Of a DNA stretch of 64,000 nucleotides, positions 12,399 through 25,260 are shown in pieces (within the stretch, counting starts at the first letter, position 1; every line of letters begins with the position of its first letter). The notes beneath the pieces are model-generated. The model was given only the letters and a program-made list of their open reading frames with translations. It was not told the DNA's origin and did no database searches. The DNA is taken from assembly GCF_006345805.1 (NCBI RefSeq), contig NC_043013.1, forward strand, positions 25,916,001 through 25,980,000, given 5' to 3'. The DNA comes from Octopus sinensis (taxonomy: Eukaryota). The position numbers were made by a program, and so were the translations under genes.

Positions 12399-12954
12399 GA
12401 GTGAGAGAGCAGTTCATGCCATCAAAGTGACACTGGGGTAAAATATACGAAGCCCAATATACCCATCATGACTACCCGTCTGATAAAGGTACACCAGGCA
12501 CATGCATCACAACCATATGTGCGCGACATGGTGATCTCATATCAAGATAAACAGCACATGACCTTGCAGGTGGGGCCCAGTTAGAATTTTCTTCAGGTTG
12601 AGTAGCCCATCCCGCTCAAACGGTCCCTGAATAAGGGTTGCTTAAGGATGTTGAAAGAACCACCCATGTTTCCAGAGGTGAACTATTCAAACCCCAAAGA
12701 ATCCCTCTCAACACATGGCTATGATGCTCCCCCACTACTTCTGCTCGTGATCAGAGATGCACATATCGTCAGCCACTAAGGGACATGCTCAACTGGTTAA
12801 GGTCAAACAACTGACAAGCAAATCTGTGGTATTGAGCAGAATATTTGCTGTAGCCCATCTTTTATACCAAGACAAAACAATGTACATGATAACACTTCCA
12901 ATCAGTTAAGATCAGAAGCCATGAGAGCCACTGCCTGGTACTGCATCAGGGCAT
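12399..12954. mobile_element. ~556-bp non-coding interspersed repeat embedded in (TTA)n ('560 element'), intact copy
   Basis: Precise ends gagtgagagagcag... and ...actgcatcagggcat; homologous copies at 18196, 18815, 20851 and (reverse) 45852. Confidence 0.8.
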
Positions 12955-12963
12955 TTATTATTA

Positions 12964-13006
<43 letters not shown>

Positions 13007-13412
13007 TTATTATTATAGCTGTTGTCGTTGTCATCGTCGTCGTCACCGTCGTCTGCCTTCTTGTTGTTATTGTTGTTTTTTAACATCGATCAATATGTAG
13101 CTTAAAAATCTTATCACCTGAGCTAATTATCATTCGCTTTGATTAGTTAGTTTCAGCTAATTAATATGAGATAGGTAATAGAAAACGAAGGTTCAGTGGG
13201 TTTTTTCCCCCTACATTCTCAAATTTCCTCTTATGTTATTCATAATCTTTGTTAACGACGAGTTTCCAAATTTCAGAAACCTTAGTCGCCATGATACATG
13301 CTGCCAACTTCTAGAATTTGTGATGAATACCTCAACAGAAAACAATTTTAACAGATCAGCCATTTGAAGCCAAACTACGATTATAGTGATACTTTAATAA
13401 AACAAATATATT

Positions 13413-13552
13413 GGCGCAGGCGTGGCTGTATGGTAAGATTCCGGGTTCAGTCCCACTACATGGCACCTTGGGCAAGTGTCTTCTACTACAGCCTCGAACT
13501 GACCAAAGCCTTGTGAGTGGATTTGGCAAACGGAAGCTGAAAGAAGCCTGTC

Positions 13553-13593
<41 letters not shown>

Positions 13594-13970
13594 TAAACAG
13601 TAAAAATAATTACAGACATGGACAAGAACATGAAACACCACAGAGACGACACAAGAACCACAGGACGGGACATTCGAAGCCCTCAGTCATCAGTCAAGAA
13701 CCAGATCATCTTAGCAATTTCGGCTGATTAGTATGTATGTATGTATGTATGTATGTATTTGTGTGTCTGTGTTTGTCCCCTCACCACCACCATCACTTGA
13801 CAACCGATGCTGGTGTGTTTACGTCCCTGTAATCCAGCGGTTCGGCAAAAAAGCCTGACAGAATAAGTACGAGGCTTACAAAGAATAAGTCCTGGGGTCG
13901 AATTGTTTGACTAAAGGCGATGCTACAGCATGGCCGCAGTCAAATGGCTGAAACCAGTAAACGAATAACA
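13413..13970 (+). mobile_element. SINE family A with a family D fragment (13591-13730, minus) inserted in its internal (TA)n tract
   Basis: Head 13413-13552, TA tract, insert matching the 3' part of the 19363-19611 repeat, then the SINE tail resumes at ~13755. Confidence 0.8.
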
Positions 13971-15320
13971 GAATAAAAGAATGCACGTAGATACATTCGT
14001 ACACACATGATGGAATTGAACTTATAACAGAGTTCCAAGAGTCTAAGAAGTCCCCCACCCCTGCGTGAATTTGTTTTGATTGGATAAAGAGTCGCACAGT
14101 ACCGAAACCGCTTTTCGGCGCAAGTATAACACTAGTGATACAACATAAGTTGAGACAAGCAGAAATCAGCAGGTGTTTTTACTTTTTTCTTCGTTTAGCT
14201 TCTCCTAGAAAGTAGTGCTGACGAGAAAGTCTTCCTAGAAGGATTCCTAACGAGAGCTGGGAGACCTTCCCTTCCAGTTGTTCACGTGCTAGTAAACGTA
14301 AAACTGGGAAACCTAGCAAGTGCTACAACTCCGGGTCAGAGTAGATCTAGGAAGAATACTGGCCAAGAGCGGTTCCCCATTTCTCAAAACTCTTGAACTC
14401 CTGTAACAGGGTCCCATTATCGGAATCAGTTTAAAGTCATACCTAGGACGTACATACAAACATGCATACATAATACATTCATACTTATGTACATGTATGC
14501 ATGTCTTCATACATACATGTACGTACGTATGTATGTGTGTATATAGATGTGTGCATGTCTATGCATGTGTATACACTGAACATAAACAGTAAATGTTTTT
14601 TTCTAATATTTGTATCTAAGACTAAAAACTATCACAAACTGCGTTATTTGACTGTTTTAAATTCTTGTTATGACTCGCGTAGAACTGTCCTGTTTCTTTA
14701 CCATGACATATTCATTAAGATTTATGATAAAGTCTTCTGTGTGAGTCTGTTTGTGCATTCATGTGTGTTTGTGCTGAATGTTATCACAAACAGTACGTTT
14801 GTGTGACTATGAGAAACTTAAGGTCGTGTCTTCATATCTGTATTCATAATTGTGTAAATTTCTGTGGCCTTCAAACTACTTGTGATGTATTGTATATCGT
14901 TGAGTGTTATCGTGTGCGCTAATTCCGAACACTACTAATCAACGTATTCAACCACAAATAAATTGGGAGCCTTGGCTTTACACTTGTTTATTTGCTTGAT
15001 TAATTAGTTAAACATCCATTTAATTATCAAATAAAGAACTAACACTTGGAGGCCTGTTTTTTTTCTTTTATTCATCGTTTACTAAGAAAAATTGTTTTCT
15101 GTTCTGCGCTTTAAAAAAAAATAGCAAAGCTATCTGTATATTAAGTACATCCGGCATATTTGGTGAGTTATACGCATAAATGAACAAAATTACGCAATAA
15201 AAAAAACAAAAGAAATAACTGTCATAAGAAGTCTCTCTCTCAACCACAAGGTGCCGGTTCAGTTCCACTGCGTGACACCTTGGGGTAGTCTCTTCTACTA
15301 TAGTCTAAGATCAACCAAAG

Positions 15321-15351
<31 letters not shown>

Positions 15352-15391
15352 TGTATGTATGTATGAATGTATGTGTGTGTGTGTGTGTGTG

Positions 15392-15481
<90 letters not shown>

Positions 15482-15679
15482 AATTAATGCTACTTTCGTC
15501 AGAACGATTGCTAGAAATAACAAGGAGATCAGTTTTTTTTTTTATTATGGCTAGATATTGTCTTATATTACAATTCGTAGTTTTGCCACGAGAATGCTCT
15601 TCGATTGTGTATGTGTGATTGCAATGAAAGATTGAGAAGTAAGAAAGAGAAAGGATGAGAGAAAGGTATACGAATGTGC

Positions 15680-15740
<61 letters not shown>

Positions 15741-16970
15741 ACACACACCATAACGTACATCTAGTTCCTGGTAAATTAACATCTAAAAAAGTAGAAAAAA
15801 TTATCACTGACTTGTTATCCACTTACTACCTATTTGGATTAAAGTTAATCCTTCCGGTTTTAAGTCCAGTGCTTCATCAACATTAAATACATCTACACAA
15901 TCAATAATCTTTAGATATGAAACCCACCCCAGTTCACCCACCCCGAAAAGACTGTGCCTCTGTATGGTAGGCCTATCAGCTAGAAATAGCAGCAAAATCT
16001 TCAAATCATGTTACTACCGTCTTAAATTCGAGCACATTCTGCATAATATAGTGTTTGATGCACTTAAGAAAACGAGATGGTCATGGCTGGGTGGAATCGT
16101 TAGCATGCCGGATAAAAATGCTTGACAGAATTTCGTCCGTCGTTTTGAGCTCAAATTCCACCAAGGTCGTCTTCGCCTTTCCTACTTTCGAGGTCAACAA
16201 AAAATAATATAAGTCCCAGCTGAATGCTGGGGTCGACGTAATCTCTACTATGCACTCTCCACCTCACCACTGCCCCCACAACCTTCAGTCCTTGTGCCTA
16301 TGGAAGAAAGGTGGATATGTTTACTCAGTCAAGTTCGATTTGGCTTCTAAGCAAACAGCAACTACAACATCAACAACAGCTACGCGTATGTTACTATCAA
16401 AATGGTCTCCACTGCTACTTAGATTAGTATTACCACCGCCATCACCACCACCACCATTAAGATAATCATCATCACCAACACTTCCACCATCACCATCATC
16501 ACCATCATCATTTTCATCACCACCACCACCACAACCACCACCACAACCACAACCACTGCCACCACCACTCATCAGCACCACCACCACCATTATCATCATT
16601 CCTACCACCATCACCATCGTCACCACCGCCACCACAACCACCACCACCACCATCACCATCGTCATCACCACCACAACCACCACCATTATGGCCGTCAATC
16701 CCATCCCCTCCGCCATCTCTACATCATGTTTAATTAATGTGGCTGAGACTGGATACTAATCAGACAACGGTTGAAATAAATCAACATTGGAGGAGGAGGA
16801 GGAGGAGGAGGAGGAGGAGGAAGAGGAGGAAAAGAAATGGAGAGTTAAATATGAAGATATGTAGAGATGGGAAATGGAGAGAGGACAGGCAGAGGGGGAA
16901 CAGAGATAGGGGGATCAGAAAGGGCCAAAGAAAGAAGGGCTGACAAATGTGGTGGAGGGAAGAGGGTAAG

Positions 16971-17006
<36 letters not shown>

Positions 17007-17054
17007 CAGACAGACAGACAGATAGAGCACTGAGCCAAAGATTACGAAAAATGT

Positions 17055-17630
17055 GATAATATTGGTTTTAAATTCTGGCACAAGGCCAGTAAGATCGGGG
17101 AGGGGGTAAGTCGATTACATTAACCCCAGTGTTCAAATGGTACTTATTTTATCGACCCAGAAAGGATGAAAGGCAAAGTCAACCTCTGTGGAATTTGAAC
17201 TCAGAACGTAAAGACAGACGAAATACCTCTTTCTTTACTACCCGCAAGGGGCTAAACACAGAGGGGACAAAGAGGGACAGACAAACGGATAAAGTCGATT
17301 ACATCGACCCCAGTGCGTAACTGGTACTTATTTAATCGACCCCGTTAGGATGAAAGGCAAAGTCGACCTCGGCGGAATTTGAACTCAGAATGTAGCGGCA
17401 GACGAAATACCTATTTCTATTTCTTTACTACCTACAAGGGGCTAAACACAGAGAGGACAAACAAGGACAGACAAACGGATTAAGTCGATTATATCGACTT
17501 ATTTAATCGACCCCGTTAGGATGAAAGGCAAAGTCTACCTTGGCGGATTTTGAACTCAGAACTTAGAGACAGACGAAATACCGCAAATCATTTCGCCCGG
17601 CGTGCTAACGTTTCTGCCAGCCCGCCGCCT
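17055..17630 (-). mobile_element. Trimeric SINE family B
   Basis: One tRNA-like head followed by three cores (gagttcaaattcc...gcctttcatcc...gtcgat) separated by a ~70-bp spacer (ttaatccgtttgtctgtcc...gtagtaaagaaatagg). Confidence 0.85.
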
Positions 17631-17680
17631 CGCGCCCTATTTTATATTAAATTAATAGAGATGTTGTTGGTGTTGTTGTT

Positions 17681-17930
17681 AGCTTAGTGGTAAGGGTGTT
17701 GCACTCACGGTCGCTTGATCGTGATTTCAATCCCAAGATCGGTTGGTGCGTTGTGCTCTAGAGAAAATCATTTCATATCCCGTTGCTCTGCTGTCACCTT
17801 GATTGATACTTGATGCGTAGCACACAGTGCACCTATCCAGGTAACGCAGATCTGATAGAGGGAGTGAGCTAATGTGTGGCACCAGCATTCGATCACTATA
17901 AACAAATCATTTGTGCAGCTCTTCGACTAG
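17681..17930 (+). mobile_element. Degenerate tRNA-derived SINE with a family C-like head
   Basis: gcttagtggtaagggtgttgcactcacg...gatttcaatccc resembles the head of the 42290-42540 copy. Confidence 0.45.
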
Positions 17931-18127
17931 AGAGTACATCATCGTCATCATCATCATCATCATCATCTTCCCTTGTGGAAAAATTTGAAAGTATTATTAT
18001 TATTATTATTATTTTCATCCATTCGGGGTCGATAAATTAAGTACCAGTCATATACTGGGGTCGATGTGATCGATTGTCCATCTCTCCACAAAATCCAAGC
18101 TTTGTGCCTATAGTAGAAAGGATTATA

Positions 18128-18195
<68 letters not shown>

Positions 18196-18749
18196 GAGTG
18201 AGAGAGCAATGCATGCCATCAAAGTGACACTGGGGTAAAATACACGAAGCCCAGTATACCCATCATGACTACCTGTCTGATAACGGTACACTAGGCACAT
18301 TCATCACAACCATATGTGCGCGACATGGTGATCTTATATCAAGATAAACAGCACATGAACTTGCAGGTGGGGCCCAGTTAGAATTTTCTTCTGGTCGAGT
18401 AGCCGATCCCGCTCAAAAGGTCCCTGAATAAGGGTTGTTTAAGGATGTTGAACGAACAACCCATGTTTCCGGGGGTGAATTATTCAAACCCCAAAGAATC
18501 CCTCTCAACACATAGCTATGATGCTCTCCCACTATTTCTGCTCGTGATCAGAGATGCACATATCGTCAGCCACTAAGGGACATGCTCAACTGGTTAAAGT
18601 CAAACAACTGACAAGCAAATATGTGGTATTGAGCAGAATATTTGCTGTAGCCCATCTTTTATACCAAGACAAAACAATGTACATGATGACACTTCCAGTC
18701 AGTGAAGATCAGAAGCCACGAGAGCCACTGCCTAGTACTGCATCAGGGC

Positions 18750-18750
<1 letters not shown>
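18196..18750. mobile_element. 560 element copy inserted in the (TTA)n tail of a SINE B
   Basis: Full-length match to 12399-12954; preceded by SINE B tail agaaaggattat(tta)n. Confidence 0.8.
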
Positions 18751-18815
<65 letters not shown>

Positions 18816-19272
18816 ATGAGAGAGTAGCACATGCCATCAAAGTGACGCTGGGGTACAAATATATGAAACCCAATATACCCATCATGACTACCTGTCTGAT
18901 AAGGGTACACCAAGCACATGCATGACAACCATATGTGTGTGACACGGTGACCTCATATCAAGATAAACATCACATGACCCAAATAGAATTGTCTTCAGGT
19001 CGAATAGCCCATCCCTCTCAATAGATCCCTGAACGAAGATTGTTTAAAGATGATGAATGTAATACTCATATTTCCAGCGGTGAACCATTCAAACTCCAAA
19101 GAATTCCTTTGAACCCATGAGGGTGATGTTCCTCCTGTACTCCTGTTCGTGATAAGAGATGCACATATCGTCAGCCACCAAGAGAGATGCTCAACTAGTC
19201 AAGAAGTTCATGCATGTGAAAAACAAATCTGCGGTATTGAGCGAAATATTCGCCGAAGCCCATCATTTGTAT

Positions 19273-20427
19273 CAGTGGTCCGCAGACCCCAGGTGACCTG
19301 CAAAGGTATGGGAGGCCGTGAACTAAATTCAAAATTTCATATATATATATATATATATATATCGTTTTTTCCGTCACCGTGTTGTATACTTTCGAGGTTT
19401 TCTTCCAAGGAATCTAATGCGATTGGCTTAGATTTCCCTTGGCGGGCTGCCCAGATTGGAGCAATCTCAAGATTAATCAGCCGAAATTGCGAAGATGATC
19501 TGGTTCTTGACTGATGACTGAGAGCTTCGAAAGTCCCGTCTGTGTGTTTTTTCGTCGTCTTCATAATGTTTCACGTTCTTGTCCCAGTTTGTGTTTTTTT
19601 AACGTTTACCTATATACATGGCGGCTACGTATCCTACCTTTTAACCCTATACTGTAAGTATATTACTCTCTAACATTGGTACGACTCGACTACACTGTCT
19701 TTTTCCCCCCTCTCCTACTTTTCTCTGCCTTCACCCTTTTTACTCCCCTTGTTCTGTCTCTTTCCCTCTTTTTCTTCTCCTCCCTTGTTCCCCCTCTTTC
19801 TTTCTCTCTTCCTCCGTCCCTCCTCTCCCACATTTCTCTGCCTCTCAGACCTTATACCCCACTTGACCTGTCCCTTTCCCTCTCCTGCTTCTCTCTTCAT
19901 CTGTCCCTTTCTCCTTTTTGTGCTCACGTGACCAGCTAGCTACTACTGCCTTTCGCATCAAGTAGTTGGCGTGACCACACGTATGTGTTTGTGCTCCGTT
20001 TGCCTTCAGGCACTTATTCCACAGCCAGCCTATACTCTCCTCGTCCTGTCGAAAGACGCTTGTCCTGACATCCTGGTTTTGTTATGATTGTTTTTACGTT
20101 ATTTTGTATTTTTATCCGTGCTATCTTTATTGTTTTTACGTATTTTTGAATTTTTTTTTTTTTTTTCGAGTAACATCGTCCGTTTTTTCCGTCACCGTGT
20201 TGTATACTTTCGAGGTTTTCTTCCAAGGAATCTAATGCGATTGGCTTAGATTTCCCTTGGCGGGCTGCCCAGATTGGAGCAATCTCAAGATTAATCAGCC
20301 GAAATTGCGAAGATGATCTGGTTCTTGACTGATGACTGAGAGCTTCGAAAGTCCCGTCTGTGTGTTTTTTTTGTCGTCTTCATAATGTTTCACGTTCTTG
20401 TCCCAGTTTGTGTTTTTTTAACGTTTA

Positions 20428-20486
<59 letters not shown>

Positions 20487-20569
20487 GGATAAGTATATTA
20501 AAAGGAGTCCATTGGAAAACTTGTTTAAATAAAAGGGGTCCTTGGTAGTGAAAAGGTTGGGAACCACTG
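19273..20569. mobile_element. hAT-like MITE
   Basis: Ends cagtggt... and ...ttgggaaccactg; imperfect 8-bp TSD atttgtat / atttatac. Confidence 0.6.
19363..20430 (+). mobile_element. Young non-coding element with ~250-bp near-identical direct repeats, in (TA)n (family D; Penelope-like partial tandem)
   Basis: 19363-19611 and 20181-20430 differ only in one T-run; period 818 bp; (TA)n on both sides. Confidence 0.7.
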
Positions 20570-20723
20570 ATTTATACCAAGAGAAAACATACATGATAAC
20601 ACTTCAAATTAGTTAAGATCTGAAGCCATGAGACCCACTGCCTGTCACTGCATCAGGGCATTTATTATTATTATTATTATTATCATGATTATTATTATTA
20701 TTATTATTATTATATTATTATTA

Positions 20724-20758
<35 letters not shown>

Positions 20759-20759
20759 G

Positions 20760-20828
<69 letters not shown>

Positions 20829-20850
20829 TATTATCATTATTATTATTATT

Positions 20851-21264
20851 GAGTGAGAGAGCAGTGCATGTCATCAAAGTGACACTGGGGTAAAATATAC
20901 GAAGCCCATCATAACTACCCATCAGGTAAGGGTACACCAGGCACATGCATCACAACCATATGTGCACGACATGGTGATTTTATATCAAGATAAACAGCGC
21001 ATGACCTTGCAGGTGAGGCCCAGTTAGAATTTTCTTCTGGTCGAGTAGCTGATCCCGCTCAAAAGGTCCCCGAATAAAGGTTGTTTAATGATGTTGAACG
21101 GAACACCCATGTTTCCAGAGGTGAATTATCGAAACCTCTAAGAATTCCTATCAACACACGGCTATGATGCTCCCCCACTACCTCTGCTCGTGGACAATGA
21201 TGCACATATCGTCAGCCACTAAAGGGACATGGTCAACTGGTTAAGGTCAAACAACTGACAAGCA
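20851..21264. mobile_element. Truncated 560 element copy
   Basis: Starts gagtgagagagcag after (TTA)n; breaks after caactgacaagca. Confidence 0.75.
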
Positions 21265-21549
21265 GTTCTAAACCGCTCGCGTCTGATGATGAGCCTTTGT
21301 GCCTGAGATATATAAAGGTTGCTTAACTTTCTCTTTTCGCACTGTTAGAAGTTCTCCGTCTTCATTAGTGGAACGTGTGGCCAGAAAACTGCGGGATGTC
21401 GATAGACCACTCGACCAATGGAGCGCATTCCTTTCCTTGTGGAAAGCACGGTTACTCCAACTTGGTCAGATTAAAAAGTAAAATCAAGCACAACAGTTAT
21501 ACGGTAATATAAGAGAGGCGACACACACACACACACACACACACATTCG

Positions 21550-21670
21550 TACCTCAACTCGACCTTCTAAAGATAGTCTCGCCTCAATCCATCTCTTGAG
21601 CAATTGGATGATAATCTCATCTCTGTTCTTATTCACCTGGAGATCTTGCTCAAGCTGTGTTGTCGACACA
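21550..21670 (-). pseudogene. Tx1/L1-type ORF2 relic
   Basis: QDLQVNKNRDEI...LLKRWIEARLSLEGRVEV matches the L1/Tx1 W..R.LS..GR motif. Confidence 0.5.
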
Positions 21671-21829
21671 TTTGCAGGGGGAAGCTATTGGATAAGGGTT
21701 TGTAGTAATGATATGGAGCACGGCAGGAATAAATTCCGTAGATTGTAATACGAAAAAAGCCATGAGAAAGTAATTTAAAATACCACATGCTATACAACAT
21801 CAGCGACTATACATCTCCAGAAGAGACGA

Positions 21830-22800
21830 TGGTAAGGGAATATTGTGCGACAGAGGGCGATATAAGATGGCAGCCACTGATGTTGCCTTCTACTCACAAG
21901 AATATCTGCTGCGCTCCCGTGTTGATTTTGATAAAAAAAAAACTGATGACGATAGTAAATTGATTATGTCTATTGCAACAAAATTTGTTTATTCATGGAA
22001 CTAATGAACTCTGACGGTAAATCAATAACAAAACTGAACATCCTGAAGGCCGATAGGTCAAACAATGATAAATAACCATAAAGGCCAATATTCTCCTGAA
22101 CTGGATGCCAAAACTGGAGCAGCAGAAACAGCAGCATTCGCAATGCAAGGGCAGCTTATCTGTATGTACAAAATAATCACGACTCCTACAATATAGAGGA
22201 CAGATTTTTCTTCTATGAGGAGAAGTGTCTGACACTACAAACAGATAAAACTTAAACTTAAAACAGCAATAAAAAACGAGAGAAACGAACTCTCATCGCT
22301 GGATTTATTGAAATGGATATTCACAACGAAAATGCGGATGACAAATTTGCCAATGTGGAGCATTTTCTGTGACAATACACCACACTGTAGCAGGAATGTT
22401 CCATACTAGCTTTGTAAAAATATACTCAGAGACATAGTAAGCTAACAAAGCGGCATTTTATACAACCAACCACCCAGTTTCGATTGCTTCAGCTAGAAGC
22501 TATCTTGTATTCAAATAAACCTCCCCATGTCTTAGAAAAATGAGATTGCAATGTGAAAATACTAAGGAACTTTAGCATACAGACTGTCTGTCAGATAGCA
22601 ACAACACATGATAAGCTTGACATCATTCTTCGTGACAAAAATAATTAATAGCTCATTAATTATCGACCTAGAAGCAAAACTAAATAACTATAACATTGAG
22701 CAAAAGTGAGCGGAAAAGTTGAAGGAATTACACTAGCCTAGCTGTTAAAGTAAAAACAATTTGGTAGATAAGAAATGTGTTTATTCATTGAATTTGTATT
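21830..22800 (+). pseudogene. Heavily decayed R4/Dong-type ORF C-terminus
   Basis: Fragments CGAFSVTIHHTVAG-CSILA (CCHC knuckle), KYTQRHSK, YSNKPPHVLE, KILRNFSIQT, DIILRDK..LIIDL. Confidence 0.6.
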
Positions 22801-23139
22801 AGGCACGACTGCCGTGATAACGTGAGTATATCTGTACGGGACATTGACGAATTACCTGCAAGGATGGACCTGTAAATATATTCTGGAAAATAACAGTACT
22901 AGAGTCTCTAAACATCATACAGGAATCTTCACACCAGCACCTCTTAAGTGTGGAATATTTGCGTTCCCCCAAAACAAACGAACATTGGGGACCGGTACTA
23001 GACAATACAATGTGGGGTTACATAAGATAGAACGTGTAAATAGTGAAAACGATGAAATAAATTTTTACAATGAAAAACTCCTCAAAAGAGAGAGAATTGT
23101 TATGGCTGCTCGTGGAAATCCCACCACATCACAGAGATC

Positions 23140-25260
23140 CTGACCACTAGGGCAGGTGGCCTCTCCTTACCGTCTATGTGCGCATGATTAGAATAGACGT
23201 ATTCACTCGGACCACTCTTGCCACATTCAACACTTTTCAACAAACTTGCTGAGAAGCAATACTCCCTTCTCTACTTTCACTTTCTTTTTCCAGTGAAACG
23301 TGAAAAAGTTGATGAGAGCTTAGCCAAAGAGAAAAGTACGTCTTCAGCCCTTTCAATCTGGTCCACCACACAACCTCTTTCGTTTCGGTCACCAGACGAA
23401 GAAACACTGCCTACCTTTACCGGCCGAAGAAAGGCGATAGGACGATATTCACTATGGACTCAGCTGATAGCCGGATGTGTCTGACACCTGACATCAGGTG
23501 TTCGCTATAAACCTCCAGGTCAGTAATACTCGGGCACTGGACGACGGCGTACCGAGCAGTTTCTCAGATAAGCACATTTGACAGAACTCCCATACCTGCA
23601 GAGTTTATCCCGAACCAGTAATACTAAAAAGTTTTCCGGAACAGACGAGCCAGCTGATTCTGTCGACACCCAGAGTCTTCCCAAGAACGTTATCGCACTT
23701 GCCCGCCAGTAATTCTTTATAATACGCCAGAGTGGGACTTCTTCCGACCGCATTGCCCGACTGACAGATGATTATGAGCACCCAACGACATTCTAGGTGC
23801 CGTGTGCCCTGCCTCGGTCTACGCTTGATCCAGGACTGCAGCTCCGACAAAGAGACGAGCTGTGGAAAATCCTGTCTGACAAACATCGACCGCACATGCT
23901 CACCGTCAAGGAAACGCTGGTGATGTCGCAGCTTCGGCACAAGTCTGCACATCAATAGCCATGACATATCCTGGTCCCATTCAGTGGGTGTTGGCAGCAA
24001 ATGAAGCACCTGACCAGTTGAACACATCCTGTCTGACAAACATCGACCGCACATGCTCACCGTCAAGGAAACGCTGGTGATGTCGCAGCCTCGGCACAAG
24101 TCTGCACATCAATAGCCATGACATATCCTGGTCCCATTCAGTGGGTGTTGGCAGCAAATGAAGCACCTGACCAGTTGAACCTACAGAAAGTGGAAGAGTA
24201 CGCGCTCCAGGCTGGTCAGACGAAAACTGAAGCAAGGCACGACAGTCAGAGGATAACATATAACTGAAGAGATGTATGCATTTGTCACCTCTACCCGACC
24301 TTTCAAGAATAAGATTTCTCTCGGCCCATTTCTGAGTGAGATTGGCCATACTGCTCGTCACCTCGTCTCACTTCTCCACCTGGAGATCAGGACCAAACCA
24401 GACCTCAAGCAATTTAACCGGTTCCTCCGACCAGTGTCCTACGATGGTATTGGACAGCATGGATCTGCCTCTCCAGGTGCCGAGCAGAAGATCCTCTGAC
24501 TAATTTTTGTTCCTGTCACCGCATCGGATTCTGTTAGAAGAGTGTCAGTCCGGTCGGTCTATATGCCAGGTGTTCGATACTATGACTGTGACGTCGTCTG
24601 CATCTGTCGACATGGTTCTCCTACGTCCTAGTTCACGCAGGATGCTTCCCAACGCCTCCAATTTCCGCAGTGGTGATTCCTAGAGCCAGTAGAAACAGAA
24701 GAAACGAGAGCGGACACCCTTGACGAACAGAGCGCATGATGCTGAATGGTTCCTATGGGTAACCATACAGCCGAACGTCCGAGAAAATGTCTGTAAATTG
24801 CGGTGATCCAACCGTAGAAAACGGAAGACCGAAATCGGCTGCCGTTAGAACGGCCACCAAGTATTGGTGGTCGACACTATCGAAGGCTTTAGACTGATCC
24901 AATTTGATGAGGGCCCTCCTCATGCCAGCGTCTTTATAGACTCTGTCTATTATGTATCACATGAGGTGTAGGTTGTCGTGGATGGATCTGCATGGGATGA
25001 CGCAGGTTTGTGCATCACCAGTTAGTTCTTCGACGACAAGCGCCGATCTCTTTGCTAACACCTTGGCCAAAACTTTGAAGACCCCTTGTTTGTGTCCCTT
25101 CTCAGCGGCGCCAATGCTCCTCGACTCACAGAACTAGGAATTTTCCCGTCCCGCTACCAGTTGCGGTAGATATCTGCTAAGAGGCAGCCAAACAATTCTG
25201 GCATATAAAAGTAAAGCTGGTAGAGCAGACGATCAAAACCAATCCTGCTTCTATATTCTT
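23140..25260 (-). mobile_element. Decayed Tx1/L1-clade LINE ORF2 (RT to C-terminus)
   Basis: FKVLAKVLAKR, QTCVIPCRSIHDNLHL, KLDQSKAFDSVDHQYL, SVRQGCPLS, with stops and frameshifts. Confidence 0.85.
23869..24180. repeat. 155-bp tandem duplication inside the Tx1 relic
   Basis: 23869-24023 and 24026-24180 are identical except one C/T; 2-nt spacer. Confidence 0.95.

Larger units (their letters stand above)
18815..20661. mobile_element. Older 560 element copy split by nested insertions
   Basis: Matches consensus to ...agcccatc at ~19264 and resumes ..tataccaag at ~20572. Confidence 0.75.

Noticed and set aside
12399-12954. HDV-like ribozyme at an end of the 560 element
   Set aside because: A possible P1 (gccctga/tcaggg) lacks the adjacent P1.1, P3 and L3 elements.
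19505-19540. CTGATGA...GAAA...GTC in family D as a hammerhead
   Set aside because: The segment between the core halves cannot form stem II and no stem I partner was found.
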